DNA from: Camelus ferus
Taxonomy: Eukaryota
Assembly: GCF_009834535.1 (NCBI RefSeq)
Contig: NC_045697.1
Location: forward strand, 101,868,001 to 101,932,000
Length of the DNA stretch: 64,000 nucleotides
Direction: 5' to 3'
Positions 25,816-38,559 of this stretch are shown here, piece after piece. A program made the position numbers and the translations under genes. Below the pieces are notes generated by a model. It saw nothing but the letters and a program-made list of their open reading frames with translations. It did no database searches and was not told the origin of the DNA. The stretch's first letter is position 1. Each line of letters starts with the position of its first letter.

Positions 25816-28800
25816 GAAAGGAGGCTTGAGAAAGTTCTTAATAGTACAGTACAAACTCACTTTAAGAAGTTACAGCTATTCAAGAAAAACAAATTATAAA
25901 ACCCAAATTCAGATCCTAGCGGAAAGTTTACCCTTAAAAAATTAATCTGTAAAAATAGACGTCTTATTTGGTCATGAAATTCTTCTTATGCATAGCATCT
26001 GATGAGTCTGTTTTAATTTCAAATCTTGTGACATCAGATACATGACTCAATCTATTATTCTAGTGTCTCTTATTAACTAAACCTCATAATAAGCAAACCT
26101 AGTTCTGTAATATATGGCTTGATTAGTTTCAAAATGCAGTGTAACTAGTTCAACACCCAGTATAACCGGTTTCTGTGATTGTCTTCTTTGGAAGGGTCTA
26201 CAGTAAACGAGTGACATTCTAGTCTTGTTTATACCCCCAATTATAGATGTCAGCTGCTGCAGTTACTAGTACAGATGAGTTTTTCAAATACTTTCGAGTA
26301 ATTGAAGCTGCAGAAATACACAGATGTTTTGAACACTTACATTGAACGTATTTTTATGGACCATTTACCCATTGCCCAACAGTGGTGGCTATATTTTAAC
26401 CCATACTACGACTGTCACAACAGTATTTGTTCTGAACCAAGTTTTGTGAATATTCGTATAGGGGAAAAACATAATTTACATGTGTTGTATTAAATATTAG
26501 GAAAGCAAATGAGTCATTGCAAGTGCAGGACAAATTCTGTTCTGATTGCTTTAATGGAAGAGTACTTTTGTAAAGTTTGGGAAATTTCTTTAAGATATGG
26601 TGCCTTCTGTAAAAATAAGTCCTTATAGATATCTACCAGATTTAATCCCTGCACTTAACTAGGCCCGTTCAGTCTGTTTCTAACATGATAGAACAGCTGT
26701 TCAAGCCTCAAATATGCTGCCTTTATATTTTGTTTGGCCTCATCCATTCATGGCTTTCTACGGTAGTTCTGACCATCAGCTATTGTACTGGGTTTTAAAG
26801 GGCAGTGCGAGGTTCCTTCTGGTGCTTTTGTACATCAGTTTGGTTAAAGCATCTTCAGGTCTGGATCTTCCCTTTGGTGTAAGAAGCACCCAGAAGACCA
26901 CTCTAGGAATTTCCCTTGGTGGATCTCAGTGATATCTTTATATCTTGGCTCTGAACATTTTTTCAAGAGCTCTTCTAAAGCAGTGTTTTGGATGTGACTA
27001 AAAATTAACATGCTTTTTTAAAAATTACTTTTATACTATAATAAATGTTGGGAAGATGGAAAAGTGATACCAGTAAATGTAACTAGATTTTAATAAACAA
27101 GTATTAACGTCAGGTTTTTGGTTTGGTGTTACAGTTTAAAGGAAATGAGTCCAGGGTGCATTTTTATAGGATAGCGTCTACATGCAGGGTTTTGTTTTTT
27201 TCCTAAGTATTCCTGCACTTCCAATATAACTATCATGATTATAGCCCCCTTTGTACAGTGAGACCATTAAAATAAGTGTAAAGGTTTTTCAGCGTGCTAC
27301 CTTGATTACTTCTTGGAATTAGCAGAGGATAATGTTGTGACTTACTTTTCTTCTTTCTTGATTTTTGAGGTGCCTACTGGAAATAATAACGTCATCTGTG
27401 AAACTTCAGATGAGTAACTAATTTAGGCCAACTTAAACCTATAGTGATAGAGGAAATAAATTTTCCACTTTGAGTTGAATATTTGTAAGTAGTACTTGTT
27501 AAAATAATACTTAACAGCATATGGACTTTTCGAAAAGGACAGCATCTGCTTTTTGAAGCATGAGCTCGTAACTGCCTTGACCATATTTGGAATGATCAAC
27601 TTTTGAAACAACATTCAGTGCCTTTTTTTTTTTCTCTCTCTCTTCAAAGACAAACAAAAAAGTATGACATCAGTCAGCTTAAACACCACCAGCTTTAAGA
27701 GAACTGCAGTTCACCCAAACTGGCTGCAGTGCCTGTCAGTTACAGGATGTACCCTCTGATAGGTCTTGAGTTTCAAAACACAAAGAAGAAAACGTAGCTT
27801 CCCTGAAGAAGCTCACTATTGAGTGGAAGAGGTAGAAAAGTAAACACATTATCATAATTAGCATGGAAGGGGCTGTGGCTGAGGTAAGCTCTTGGCACTG
27901 TTCACTAACTCCTCTGTCTGAGAGGATGAGTGGCAATTAAGTGATGGTGGAGGATCTCCTGGTCAGAATAAGCAGCATACTCTAGTTCTTTTGAAAAGGG
28001 GGGCAGATGGGACTGTGGCTCCATCTTGGGTGGGAGGGAGGAAAGTATGAAAGCAGGAACCAATGCCAAATGCCTCGCAGGTGTCTGATCCTGGGCGAGT
28101 TGTAATCCATGCTAATGAGTTTGGGCTTTATTCTGAACACACTGTTAAAGGGCTCATACAGGCAGACAACATAATCAGGTTGGCCCCCCTAGAAAGCTCA
28201 TTCTAAGATTTAAGGATACTATAGGAAGAAAATTGTATCCTTTCATGTAAAATGTTCTAAAACCACACTTTTGCCCAGCATCTTCCTCAAAGAGTGCTTT
28301 GCCCTGTTTTCCAAATCCAGGGTTCTTGAAGCCTTGCTTTAGAGCGGATCAGACGGAAAGGCATAACAAAAGTCCCTTTCCTGGCTCTCAGTTGCTCCTT
28401 CAACTTGGGTACTTACAGTGATGTTTACAAGTTTTGAGGGCACTTGGAGGAGAGGTAGATGTCATTTAGCCAGACAGTGTGAATTCATCACTTTTAGAAA
28501 AACAAACCAGGTAAGTGAAGTGCACATTAAAAGAGGAAGAATGGATTTCAGGCTTGCAGGTTTTTAACTTTTCTTGGAGGAATAAAAACAAATTATTGTC
28601 ATTATAAATAGAAAGTAAAATTGATAATAGAGAGATTGGAGAGAAAGTGGAATCTAGAATAACTTCTCTGAAAGATCTGCTATGGCAACTGGAGGTATAA
28701 GAAACAAAGCAGGTCTGTGGTGGGTTGAAAAAGATAAATTCTGTTTTGAACATGTGGTATGAACGCATGCAGAACATCCCTGTCAGGTGGTTTTGTAGAC

Positions 28801-29875
28801 ATGCAGATAAGGATCTCAGGGGAGAGATCCTGAACCCAAGGTTAAGATGGACCAAGTTGTGCTCCACATTAGGGAGCACACGATCCAGAGACTGACAGTC
28901 CGGGGTGAGAATGTTTTAACCCATGAGGGTTAAAGTACAATGAGCATTTCACCGGTAGTCAGTGCCCTTTGCTAAATGAGATGCGTCCTGTTGCCTTCTT
29001 TGTCCAAACCTCATCTAGCGAAAGCCCACTTGTAACTGCCTTGGATCTAAAAAGCTGAGGCGTGAAAGAGATACTCTGTTGACTATCAGAGTTTGATCAG
29101 TATCTCCAGAGCTGGTTCATTTTTGCCTTTAGTATTCTTATTTTTTACTCTTTGTTTTCACACTTTTCTTAAGCAGTCAAAGAAACATTCAAGTATTTGA
29201 CTCCAGGCAGTAGAAAAGAAGTACTTACACCTTGAACTTTTTCTCCTTTCTCTCCTCATAAATAATACTGAGCTATTAAAGTATCACTTCCATTTCTGTC
29301 TGGAACATAAATGTCAAATTGAGCTTGGGAGGATATAAAGAATAAATGTAAAGAATAAGGAAACAAAGCTACCAAAGCAGCATTTTCATGTTGTGACTTT
29401 TGTCCTAAAATCAGCTTTAAAACTTTGCCTGGAGTAGAAACTACATGCAAATTTTATAATTACACTGTAAAAAATTTCACTTAACACAGTATATTTCTGG
29501 GAAGAAAATCAAGGAGTACCCTGGAGAGTACTTGAGAGGATTAGAGAAGTTTCATGTTTTCTTAAGCTAAAAAAATCGCATCTTAAAAAACATGTAGATT
29601 TCTAAATATCAGCAAAAATCAGTGAGCTCTAATTCTGTCATCTAGTAGATGTCGACTCAACTTTGTAAATGCCAAAAAAAAAAAAAAAAAAAAAGAGAGA
29701 GAGAGAATTTGGTGCCATTGAGAATAGAGTAGTTTAACTTCCTGATTGAAATGATGTTGCTACTCCAGCATCCAGGCTTCCAGTGGGAAAAAGTATGAGA
29801 AAACTGCTGAGTGTTAAACCTGTGCTTTTCATAAGGCTTTTTAGCAGTACTTGTACGGGGCAGAGATTAAATGAA

Positions 29876-29938
<63 letters not shown>
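29876..29938. repeat. Perfect (AAT)21 microsatellite
   Basis: Directly visible, 63 nt. Confidence 0.95.
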
Positions 29939-29939
<1 letters not shown>

Positions 29940-30623
29940 GCAGCTGAATTTATGCTTTCAGATACTTAAAGCTGGATAATCAGCAGTTCCAGAATCCAGA
30001 CATCTAATCCTTGCAAAATGGTGTCACTGGGCAACCACTGAGTATCCAGGGGAAACAAATGCTGGTCTTGGTTTTGACCTTGGATTAGGAGACGTGGTCG
30101 AATAGTTTCTCTGGAAGGGCTTTGGCCTAGAGGTGAAGGAGTAGTCAGACTGAAGTTTTTAAAACACTTCTGTCAAGTTAAGGAAGCAGACCTTGGTACT
30201 TTCTTATGAGACGCCAAACTTCAAAGAAAAGATGTCCTTGAGATCTGACCCAGGGGTTTCATAATTTTTTATTTGATCCAATTTTCTATGGCATGTTAGA
30301 AGAATAACTAACATGACACGTTTTTCCTCCCTTCCTCCAAATACAGATAACAACTAACCAGGCAATTATGCCACTAAAACCCTACCATCTTTTATAATAC
30401 TTTGCTTATTACATGGTTGCATGCAGCTTCCTGGTTCCCTTGGTACTGAGCATGAATGATATGTGTAACAAGACTGAAATTGTCTCCACAAACAAACTTC
30501 TGTTTATGCTTTTGAGATCTAACATTTCTGCTCAGGGCTCTGTTGCTTTTTTTTTACAGAATCCATTTTTTTCCCCATTAAAAAATAACACTATATTAAG
30601 AGAGTCTTCTTTTTACCAATTAG

Positions 30624-30713
30624 GTCAAAGTCCTAAAATTTTAAGACCCAAACCCCATGGTTTAGAGCGAACTGATTCACAAACCATAGGTGACTTTGCT
30701 ACAAGAAGAAAGG
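30624..30713 (+). CDS. GAB1: GAB1 alternative 90-nt exon 7 (GQSPKILRPKPHGLERTDSQTIGDFATRRK; long isoform)
   Basis: Acceptor ccaattag|GTCAAA and donor AAGG|gtatgt. 90 nt, phase 1/1. Matches the 30-aa insert of the long human GAB1 isoform. Confidence 0.92.
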
Positions 30714-32411
30714 GTATGTACTTTAGCACCGCATGCTGGATGGGGTGTTGGGAATTTATTTATTCTGTGATTTTTTTTTTAAAGTAAAGGAGACAAGTCT
30801 TACGTACCATTGCTGTTGTAAATAAGCTTCCCAGCACGTAATTTCTAAAGTGAATGCTTTCCATAATACACAATAAATCTTGTCATGCCATTAACAGCAG
30901 CATGTTAAATATTTGATAATATATGATATTCAGTCTTGTCCTTTTGTATTATTCTTTTAACCTTTTAGACATCAATACAGTGTTTTCTTTAAACTTGTGA
31001 GCTGCTTGTGAGTTCCAGTTGTCTCCTGTATTTATAGATAATGCATGTACTCTGTTCTGGGACAGAATATAAAATCATTTCAGTGGATTAATTACTTTAT
31101 GCCATTACTTAGAATTTGGCAGCTGAATTGCTATTAGCCTTTGGGTTTCAAAAAAGTAAAAACATAAGAGTTCAAGAAATACTTTCGGTTAGCTCAATAC
31201 TCTGTACATGTCCATTTTAAGTGGATAGATGGGCAAAATTATTTTAAGTCGAACTTAAATCAGTGTGGTCTTCAGAAAATCACATTGAGTTTTTTTTGTA
31301 TTTGAGTTGACAGAAATACTTAGTCATAAGCCCCAAGGATTCTACATAGTCCTTGAAAATGGCTACGTATTTTATAGTTTGAAGGTAATTATAACATAGT
31401 TGATTAAAAGTACACATATATGGACAAAGGCTAGAAGGATACCTGGAAAAATGAAAATTTTTTCTTTAGAGTGTCGATGAAATGTAACTAAAATATTCAC
31501 CTAATATATTTAAATAGTCTCCTAAAATATAGTGAATATTAACAAACAATATTGTTTTAGTTCTTTTGCCCATTTCATTAATTTCTAAAAACCGTTTGAA
31601 TGTTGACTTTAAGGGCCAAGAGCTCTTGGTATACACTAGAAGAGTAACTGTCTATTGCTGTAATGCATTAGGTGAGCAAAGACCACTTATAAATAGATGC
31701 TAGTAAGAATATTCAATTTATTAAATTATATTATTGGTTAAATTAAGCTAAAAATTTGAGGTAATTATTTGATTAAGGCCTTTTCTCAGAGCTAAGTTTG
31801 AGTAGAGAGATACAATTTTTGCTTTGTTCTATTTGTTTCTGGACTAGACATGAATTAACTTAAGATTTGGTCATTAATTCTTTTCTCAGTTTTTGGTTTT
31901 AGCAAAGCTTTGTGTTTATTTCTAAACATCATTTTATATGTATTGTTGTATTACTCATGCTTCTGTGTTAATGATTAGGAACGTATTTACATAGAAAATT
32001 AAATCACTGTGTTTGAGGATAAAATTAGTGAAAAAATAAAATAAGGAAATAATGAATAGTATAAATCAAATAACTGAAGGAACTGGGTCACATTACTCTT
32101 TCTTATTCTCATTTAGTTTATATCCATAAAATAGCTACTTAAATTAAAAAGCAGCAAGCTGTAATAAAAAGCTTTATTTAGACTTTGAGTCAGCAGTCAT
32201 GAAACATTATCTGATTTAGCTTTTGCCACTCATTTTTTTAGCTGTGTGACCTTAGAAAAACCATATAACATCCGTGAACTTCTTTTCACATGGGAAACTA
32301 GCTGGTCTTAGGTGTGCTGTGGCTCTAATGTGTAACTAGAAATAGAGAGGATCTTGTTTTGGTTTTCAAATGTCTGTCTACTAAAATCTCTTTTTCTCTC
32401 TCTCATTGCAG

Positions 32412-32505
32412 CCAAGCCAGCACCTTTAGAAATAAAACCTTTGCCAGAATGGGAAGAGTTACAAGCCCCAGTGAGATCTCCTATCACTAGGAGTTTTGCT
32501 CGAGA
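32412..32505 (+). CDS. GAB1: GAB1 exon 8 ([31 protein letters not shown])
   Basis: Long pyrimidine tract, acceptor cattgcag|CCAAG and donor CGAGA|gtaagt. 94 nt; absent from the ORF track. Confidence 0.95.
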
Positions 32506-32562
32506 GTAAGTCTTTATCAAATTCGTAGTTTGATTGTTCATGATAATGGAAAATATCTAGAA

Positions 32563-32890
32563 CAGTGGTCCCCGAGGGTGGTCTGGGGAAGCCCCCCTCT
32601 TTGGGGTCCTGTGAAGGCAAAACTATTTTCACTGAGATACTAAGCTCATTTGCCTTTTTCACTCTCCTCTCGTGAGTGTACGCTGGAGTTTTCCAGAGGT
32701 GGCCTGAAATTTGATAACATCATTGTGACACCTAATGGAGTGTGTCTTTGTGTTGTAAATGCTTTTCTATTGTTTATCACATGTTAGATCCCAGTAGCTA
32801 TCACCCATGTAAACAAAAGTGCCTCGGGCTTCCCAGTAGTTTCTAAGAGTGTAAAAGTTTCCTGAGTCTAGAAATTTCTGAGACCTGCTA
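32563..32890. mobile_element. Non-autonomous hAT-Charlie-type DNA transposon
   Basis: Begins cagtggtcccc and ends gagacctgcta (degenerate TIRs). 8-bp TSD atctagaa / ctctagaa fits the NTCTAGAN preference of hAT-Charlie. Confidence 0.7.
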
Positions 32891-33157
32891 CTCTAGAAAA
32901 CTTGGTAGTTTCTCGTGGGGATTATTTAATCAAGGTTCATTTAAATGTATATGGGGAAATGAAAAGAATGTACACAGTTCCAAAGCTGTGTTCAGAGAGT
33001 TCATATTTTGTATGTGGAATATATAAATAGGGATAAAATAGGAATTCTTAACTCTTTTTATATCTGTGACTTTCTACTTAACCCCCACATCATCAGCAAT
33101 ACCTTTTTTGTTGTTCTGCACAAGGTAATTTGATGCTCGAAAATACCCTTTTACAGA

Positions 33158-33380
33158 AGCAGATTCATAGATACAGAGACCAAACTAGTGATTACCAGTT
33201 GGGGAGAAAGCAGAGGGCAATATAGAGGTGGAGGAGTGGGGGGTACAAACTATTGGGTGTAAGATAGGCTCAAGGATGTATCCTACAACATGGGGAATAT
33301 AGCCAATATTTCCTAATAACTGTAAATGGAAACTAACCTTTCAAAATTATATCAAACATTGAAAATGTTAAAGAAAAAAA
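33158..33380 (+). mobile_element. L1 3' end fragment
   Basis: caaactagtgattaccagt...tacaacatggggaatatagccaatatt plus an A tail; TSD gaaaata(c/t)cc(t/c)tttaca. Confidence 0.75.
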
Positions 33381-33581
33381 GAAAATATCCCTTTACAAAT
33401 AGCTATAAATACACATTGTGCATTTGAATGTGTGCGATTAATTGTAATAAATGTGTACAGTGTATGACTATAAGCTTGAATATTTCTCAAAGAATGTACA
33501 CTATCACTGACTTGTATTTGGGAAGTGAACTAGTGAATCTTGGTCACGGTGTATGTGTGTGATGGCCATCTCTGTGACTAG

Positions 33582-33705
33582 CTCCTCCAGGTTTCCCATG
33601 TCTCCACGGCCGGATTCAGTGCACAGCACGACTTCAAGCAGTGACTCGCACGACAGTGAAGAGAATTACGTTCCCATGAACCCAAACCTGTCCAGTGAAG
33701 ACTCG
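33582..33705 (+). CDS. GAB1: GAB1 exon 9 ([16 protein letters not shown]...[15 protein letters not shown]; third YVPM)
   Basis: Acceptor gtgactag|CTCCT and donor CTCG|gtgagt; 124 nt. Confidence 0.94.
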
Positions 33706-36666
33706 GTGAGTGGAGTTTGCCTTTAACCTCTCTTCCTGAGCCACTCTTCTGAATCACTCCTGCTAGACCTTTCTTCCAAACTGTACACCTTACCCTTCTG
33801 TCTTTTTTTTTATTTACTTAAAAGAATAAAATACAACTTTGTAAAAATGCTTTTTAAAAATAGTATCATAAAGTGTAAAAGCAATAAAGGGTCAAAATGT
33901 AGTATACATATCTATAAAGCAGAAATTAGTTAAAATCATAGAAGTGTTACAGTTTTTTTTCTTTTAAGATGTACTTGAGTTTTGAAACTTTGCAAGAAAA
34001 TATTTTATACTCAAGCATTTTATAATCCATTTCTCCAGGCCCTATGTCAGAGTTCTCTTAGGGTGACATAATCTTATACCAAAGGTCTTTCATAATCTTT
34101 CAAAAATACATCCTTAGGTAAGGCTTAAAGATCAAAGACCTGTTAAAACCTGACTTACTTCAGTCTTGCTGTAACTACTGGAAGGCACAAGAATCCTATA
34201 ATAGTAGTAAGCAATATGTTTCTCAGAAATCAGGTAGTTCCAGAAAGTAATACTTCAGATGTTTAAGAATTCAAGGCAGTTTTAATTTTTAAAAGTCTTT
34301 TGCTTTTGTTTTCCCTTAAACTAGAGTGAGTGCTTGCTTTGTTATTTATATTTGAGCAGGTGAATGTATCAGTTGGCACTGGGGTCCCCTCTGAGTAACA
34401 GAATAATTAACAAGGACTTAATTTCTTTCTCATGTAAAAGACCGGAGAGTCAATCCGGGGTGGTTGCAGCAGCTTTGTTCCTGGAGCCCTCGGGATCTCT
34501 GTCCCTTCCAGCTCTCGGGTCCACTGTCCCCTGGGTCTGGTGCACATGCGCAATAGAACAAGATGCTCCACCCCCACCAGCCACGCCCCCCAGCAGAGTC
34601 ACAGTCCAAGCTGCGGGATGGAAGGAAGAGAGAACCAGCAAAGGAGGCAGCCTAACTGCCTCATAAAGAAGGTTCCCAGAAACTGCTGAGTACAAACTGT
34701 TGGCCAGAACTTAGTCTCCGGCCACGCAGACATGAAAGGGGCAGGAAACCATAGCCTTTCTTCTGAGTGCAAGGGGGCCTGGCTAAAAATCCCCTTCCCC
34801 AGGCAGAGGGGACAACAGATGGGGGGCACAACCAGGCAGCGTCTGCCAGGATAAGCAAATATTGAATGCCAAAACTTGGAATGAATAGCATTTTAGTGGC
34901 TTTATTTTCTTTGAAACAATTCTCTTTAGCGATTCAATTTTATCAATGAATTTGTTGTATGTCTTTAATGGACTTTAGGCAGAAACAGATTTCTCCTATG
35001 TTGTGAAGAAACAAAAGTTAGTCATTTGGAAAGTATGATTGGGTCCTTGAATTAATTAATTTTAAAATATTAATCAAATTTATAAAGTGTTTAAAAATGA
35101 ATAAGTTAATTTTAAAATATTTGCATCAGCCCTTGAATTAGAATGCAAACTAAATATCAGTCATATTTTCACTAACTTGAAGGCAATGAGATATTTATTA
35201 ATTGACTTCTGCTTTTGGATTTGCTATTTTTCAACTTGATGGGTGGTGGTTTATTATTTTTATTAACTTAGTACTTTTTCTTTATTACAGTAAGTAGACT
35301 AGTAAGAGCCTCAGTAAATCCTCAGTGCTGAGTATAGATTGCCATCAATTTTCATCTTCAGGTGGTTGAGGGAATTCTTTCAAATTACAAAAGTAATTAT
35401 TTTCTGAGATACTAAAGAGTCTTTTATTTTACCCCCCAATAGTAAATAATCATAGAAATATTGGAAAGGACATTTATTAGGGGAATTTGAAAGTATGATT
35501 TGTTGTGAGTAGGTGTTAAGTGAAGGGAAAAGACTAGAAAGGAAACCATGACATTCAGAAAGTCAAAGGAAATGAAAATATAAGATTGTTCTTTTATATG
35601 TCATAACGCTAAACCAGAAAGTTACTTTTACCTTCCAGTAGAAGTATCTCAATAGCCACCAGATAGTGGATTTCTAAAGTACTTAGGTCCTAAGTGTTAG
35701 AAATGAGCAGAAGCGTCCCAGTTGACAATATCCATCTCCCATTCACAACGGAAAAGTCAGCTGTGCCTTTCCTTCTTGTCTTGCTACCTGCCCAGGGGCT
35801 CATCCTAGCCTGAGCAACAATTCCTAAGGAAAGAATGTGATAGTTCCAGCAGTATTTCCTGCACTTCTTGGAATTTAGTGTATGAATAGAACACCATAAA
35901 AGTTCACAAGATCTAACATATGCTTGGATCGATAAAGTCAATTAAAAAAAAACAGAACAGGATGAGATTAAAACCTGGTTTATAAGGACAATAGAGATTA
36001 AATTCTCTACGTTGAAATGTATAGAATGCATGCTCTTTCCTACACTGGCACTCATGGAGCAGACGGTATCTAAGGAAACAGTGAATTGGTGATGCTGCCT
36101 ATTCATTTATACAGATATCCAAAGTCAAGCATTCTTGAAATGAACCCTTAATGTGACACCTGAAATTCAAGTGATGGGACATTACTAAAGACATGTAAAT
36201 TGTTTGTAACATTAGCAGCAAAAATCTGTTCAATAATTTTATATATTTTGAAAAGAATTTTAGGGGAAAAAAGGACTAACTATGTATTTTTTTCCATTTA
36301 GTTCGCAGAATGCTTATAATAACGCCTAGAATCTTAGGGTTTTTCTAAACTGTTTTGGGAAAACACTGGATTAAAAGGCTAGAACAGAGACAGGCTGTTC
36401 CCAGTTGAGGTTAGATCAAGAGCAAATAGTCTTCCTTGTAGGAACATATATTTTAACTATACTTAAAGATAAAAAAATTTCAAGTTCTAGTAATTATTAG
36501 ACAGAAAAGTTTAACCTGCAATTCTGAGAAATTCTCTTTAGAAATAATGTATTGAGATGAAATGTGTACATCATATGAACTCAAGGGTTCCTTTCATACC
36601 CTTGTAATACCATGAACAATCCTAAATGTTTCCTATTAGGGAAATTCCAGGTATGGGTTCTGTCTT

Positions 36667-36711
36667 CACACACACACACACACACACATACACACACACA
36701 CACACACACAC
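36667..36711. repeat. (CA)n microsatellite
   Basis: Directly visible, with one TA interruption. Confidence 0.95.
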
Positions 36712-38271
36712 TCCAGGTTGGTTTTTTATGTGAGAATGAGCTGAAAAAAATTTTCAGTTTTTTCATGAATTAGAAAAAAGGAGGGAGAGGAATAGCAATT
36801 TGTACTAATTGAGCACCAAAACTTACTTACATTTTTTGTCTTACATGTAACCATCAGTATTTTTTTTATGATTTGTTAGCAATAGTTGATAAATTTGATT
36901 TAAAAATCTGTTCCTGCAGATAGGGTCATCAGATTCAGTTGTGCAGGTTGTCTACTGCACAAAGATGTCACGTTCAGTATGTAGTACGTGCAAAAGACCA
37001 CACACATACTGCGTTTGAGTACATACAACCCAGACCATGTCCTGCTAACCAGGCTGTGGGTCCCAGCACAGAGCTGTGTCACCCTCGGGGAAGGAGCACC
37101 TTTTCCTAATTCACAGAAATGTTTCATGCAGGCTGTCAGCAGCCCTGCTTTCAAATGAGGGAATAAACTCAGTGTTTTCCTAGCAATTGTCCTTGCCCTA
37201 AACCACAGCCTACTCTGTTAACCTAAGCCAAAAGAAATGGAGTAGCAGTGGAAAGAATCAACAGAACAGATTTGTGTCATTTCTTACTTGTGTTGTTCAT
37301 CCTAACAAGTGTAAAATTGTCAAGTTCATTACATCGTTATGCTTTTCTTCAAAAGTATGAGATAACATGTGAACAATAATACCTGTGTGAAAGACGGCAT
37401 AAGGATGAAAGCCCCTAACAAATATGTAGTGTCACCTGTGAGAGTTCAGGAACATTCCTAGGTGAGGTTAAAAGCAGCAAGGTGTGGAAACAGGAGATTT
37501 GCTGGAGCACATTTAGAAGACTGTCATAATCAGAGTCTAGGCGGTATGTAGGGGCATAAGTCCATGTTGTCTTTTCTTTATTTCATTCTTATTGTTTATT
37601 GCTGCCTCGCTCTTCCTTGTTTCTTTTTCTTTTCTTAGTGAGTAGTCCTCTTGCAGAGTTCCTATTAGGAGAGAAGGGATAAGGCTAAGACAGAAAATTA
37701 AGTGATAAAAATTCCAGATGGTTGAAACAAAATAGACTTTGCAAGTTGAGTCGGTATTCCCAGCTTTTAGTTAGCATGCTTATTCTAAACTAATTTTCAC
37801 ATGAAAGTCTTTAAATAAAATACAGAACTTTTTTAAAAAGTTTAATTTGAGAGAAGGTAAGCTCAGAGTCTTTCTACTCCACCATCTTGGTAGAACCCTA
37901 AAAAAAATTGAATTTGAAAGTGAGGGATATAAGGATCTGGTACTTAGAGAATGTGATTGTGTACAGATACTTTACCAGTGTAGAAGGAGAACTATTGTAG
38001 GTCACTGTAGCTGGATGTCCCAGTCTTAGCCTGAACCAAGTCTTACTTTTCAAACTACTGTTAGCTTACTCTAATTGATGTTCTAACCAGTTTTAAAACT
38101 ATTAGTTATTTTTCCCCAATCCTAAAAAATCGTTTAACTTTCTAAGGAGACACTTCTTCAACCTTCGTCCTCCTGAAATTAATATTTAGGCTTCAGCAGA
38201 TGGCAAACTAGGTAACAAGCGGTATGTCTTACGAATGTTGGACGGTTGATTCTGTTGTGTTACACTTTCAG

Positions 38272-38394
38272 AATCTTTTTGGCAGTAATAGCCTGGATGG
38301 AGGAAGCAGCCCAATGATCAAACCCAAAGGAGACAAACAAGTAGAGTACCTAGATCTAGATTTAGATTCTGGGAAATCCACACCACCACGCAAG
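38272..38394 (+). CDS. GAB1: GAB1 exon 10 (NLFGSNS...VEYLDL...PPRK; SHP2-binding tyrosine)
   Basis: Acceptor actttcag|AATCTT and donor CAAG|gtgagt; 123 nt. Confidence 0.96.
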
Positions 38395-38559
38395 GTGAGT
38401 GAAGCCTCGTTCTGTAAGTACACTTAGTTCACATTTGAAACCTGAAGAATCGCATCTGCTTTGGGGGAATTTTATTAGTATGTTTAATTTAAGTTTAATA
38501 AAGTCTTAATGCTTTTTTCATAAATCACAGACAACATTATGCAGACTGATAAATTTATT

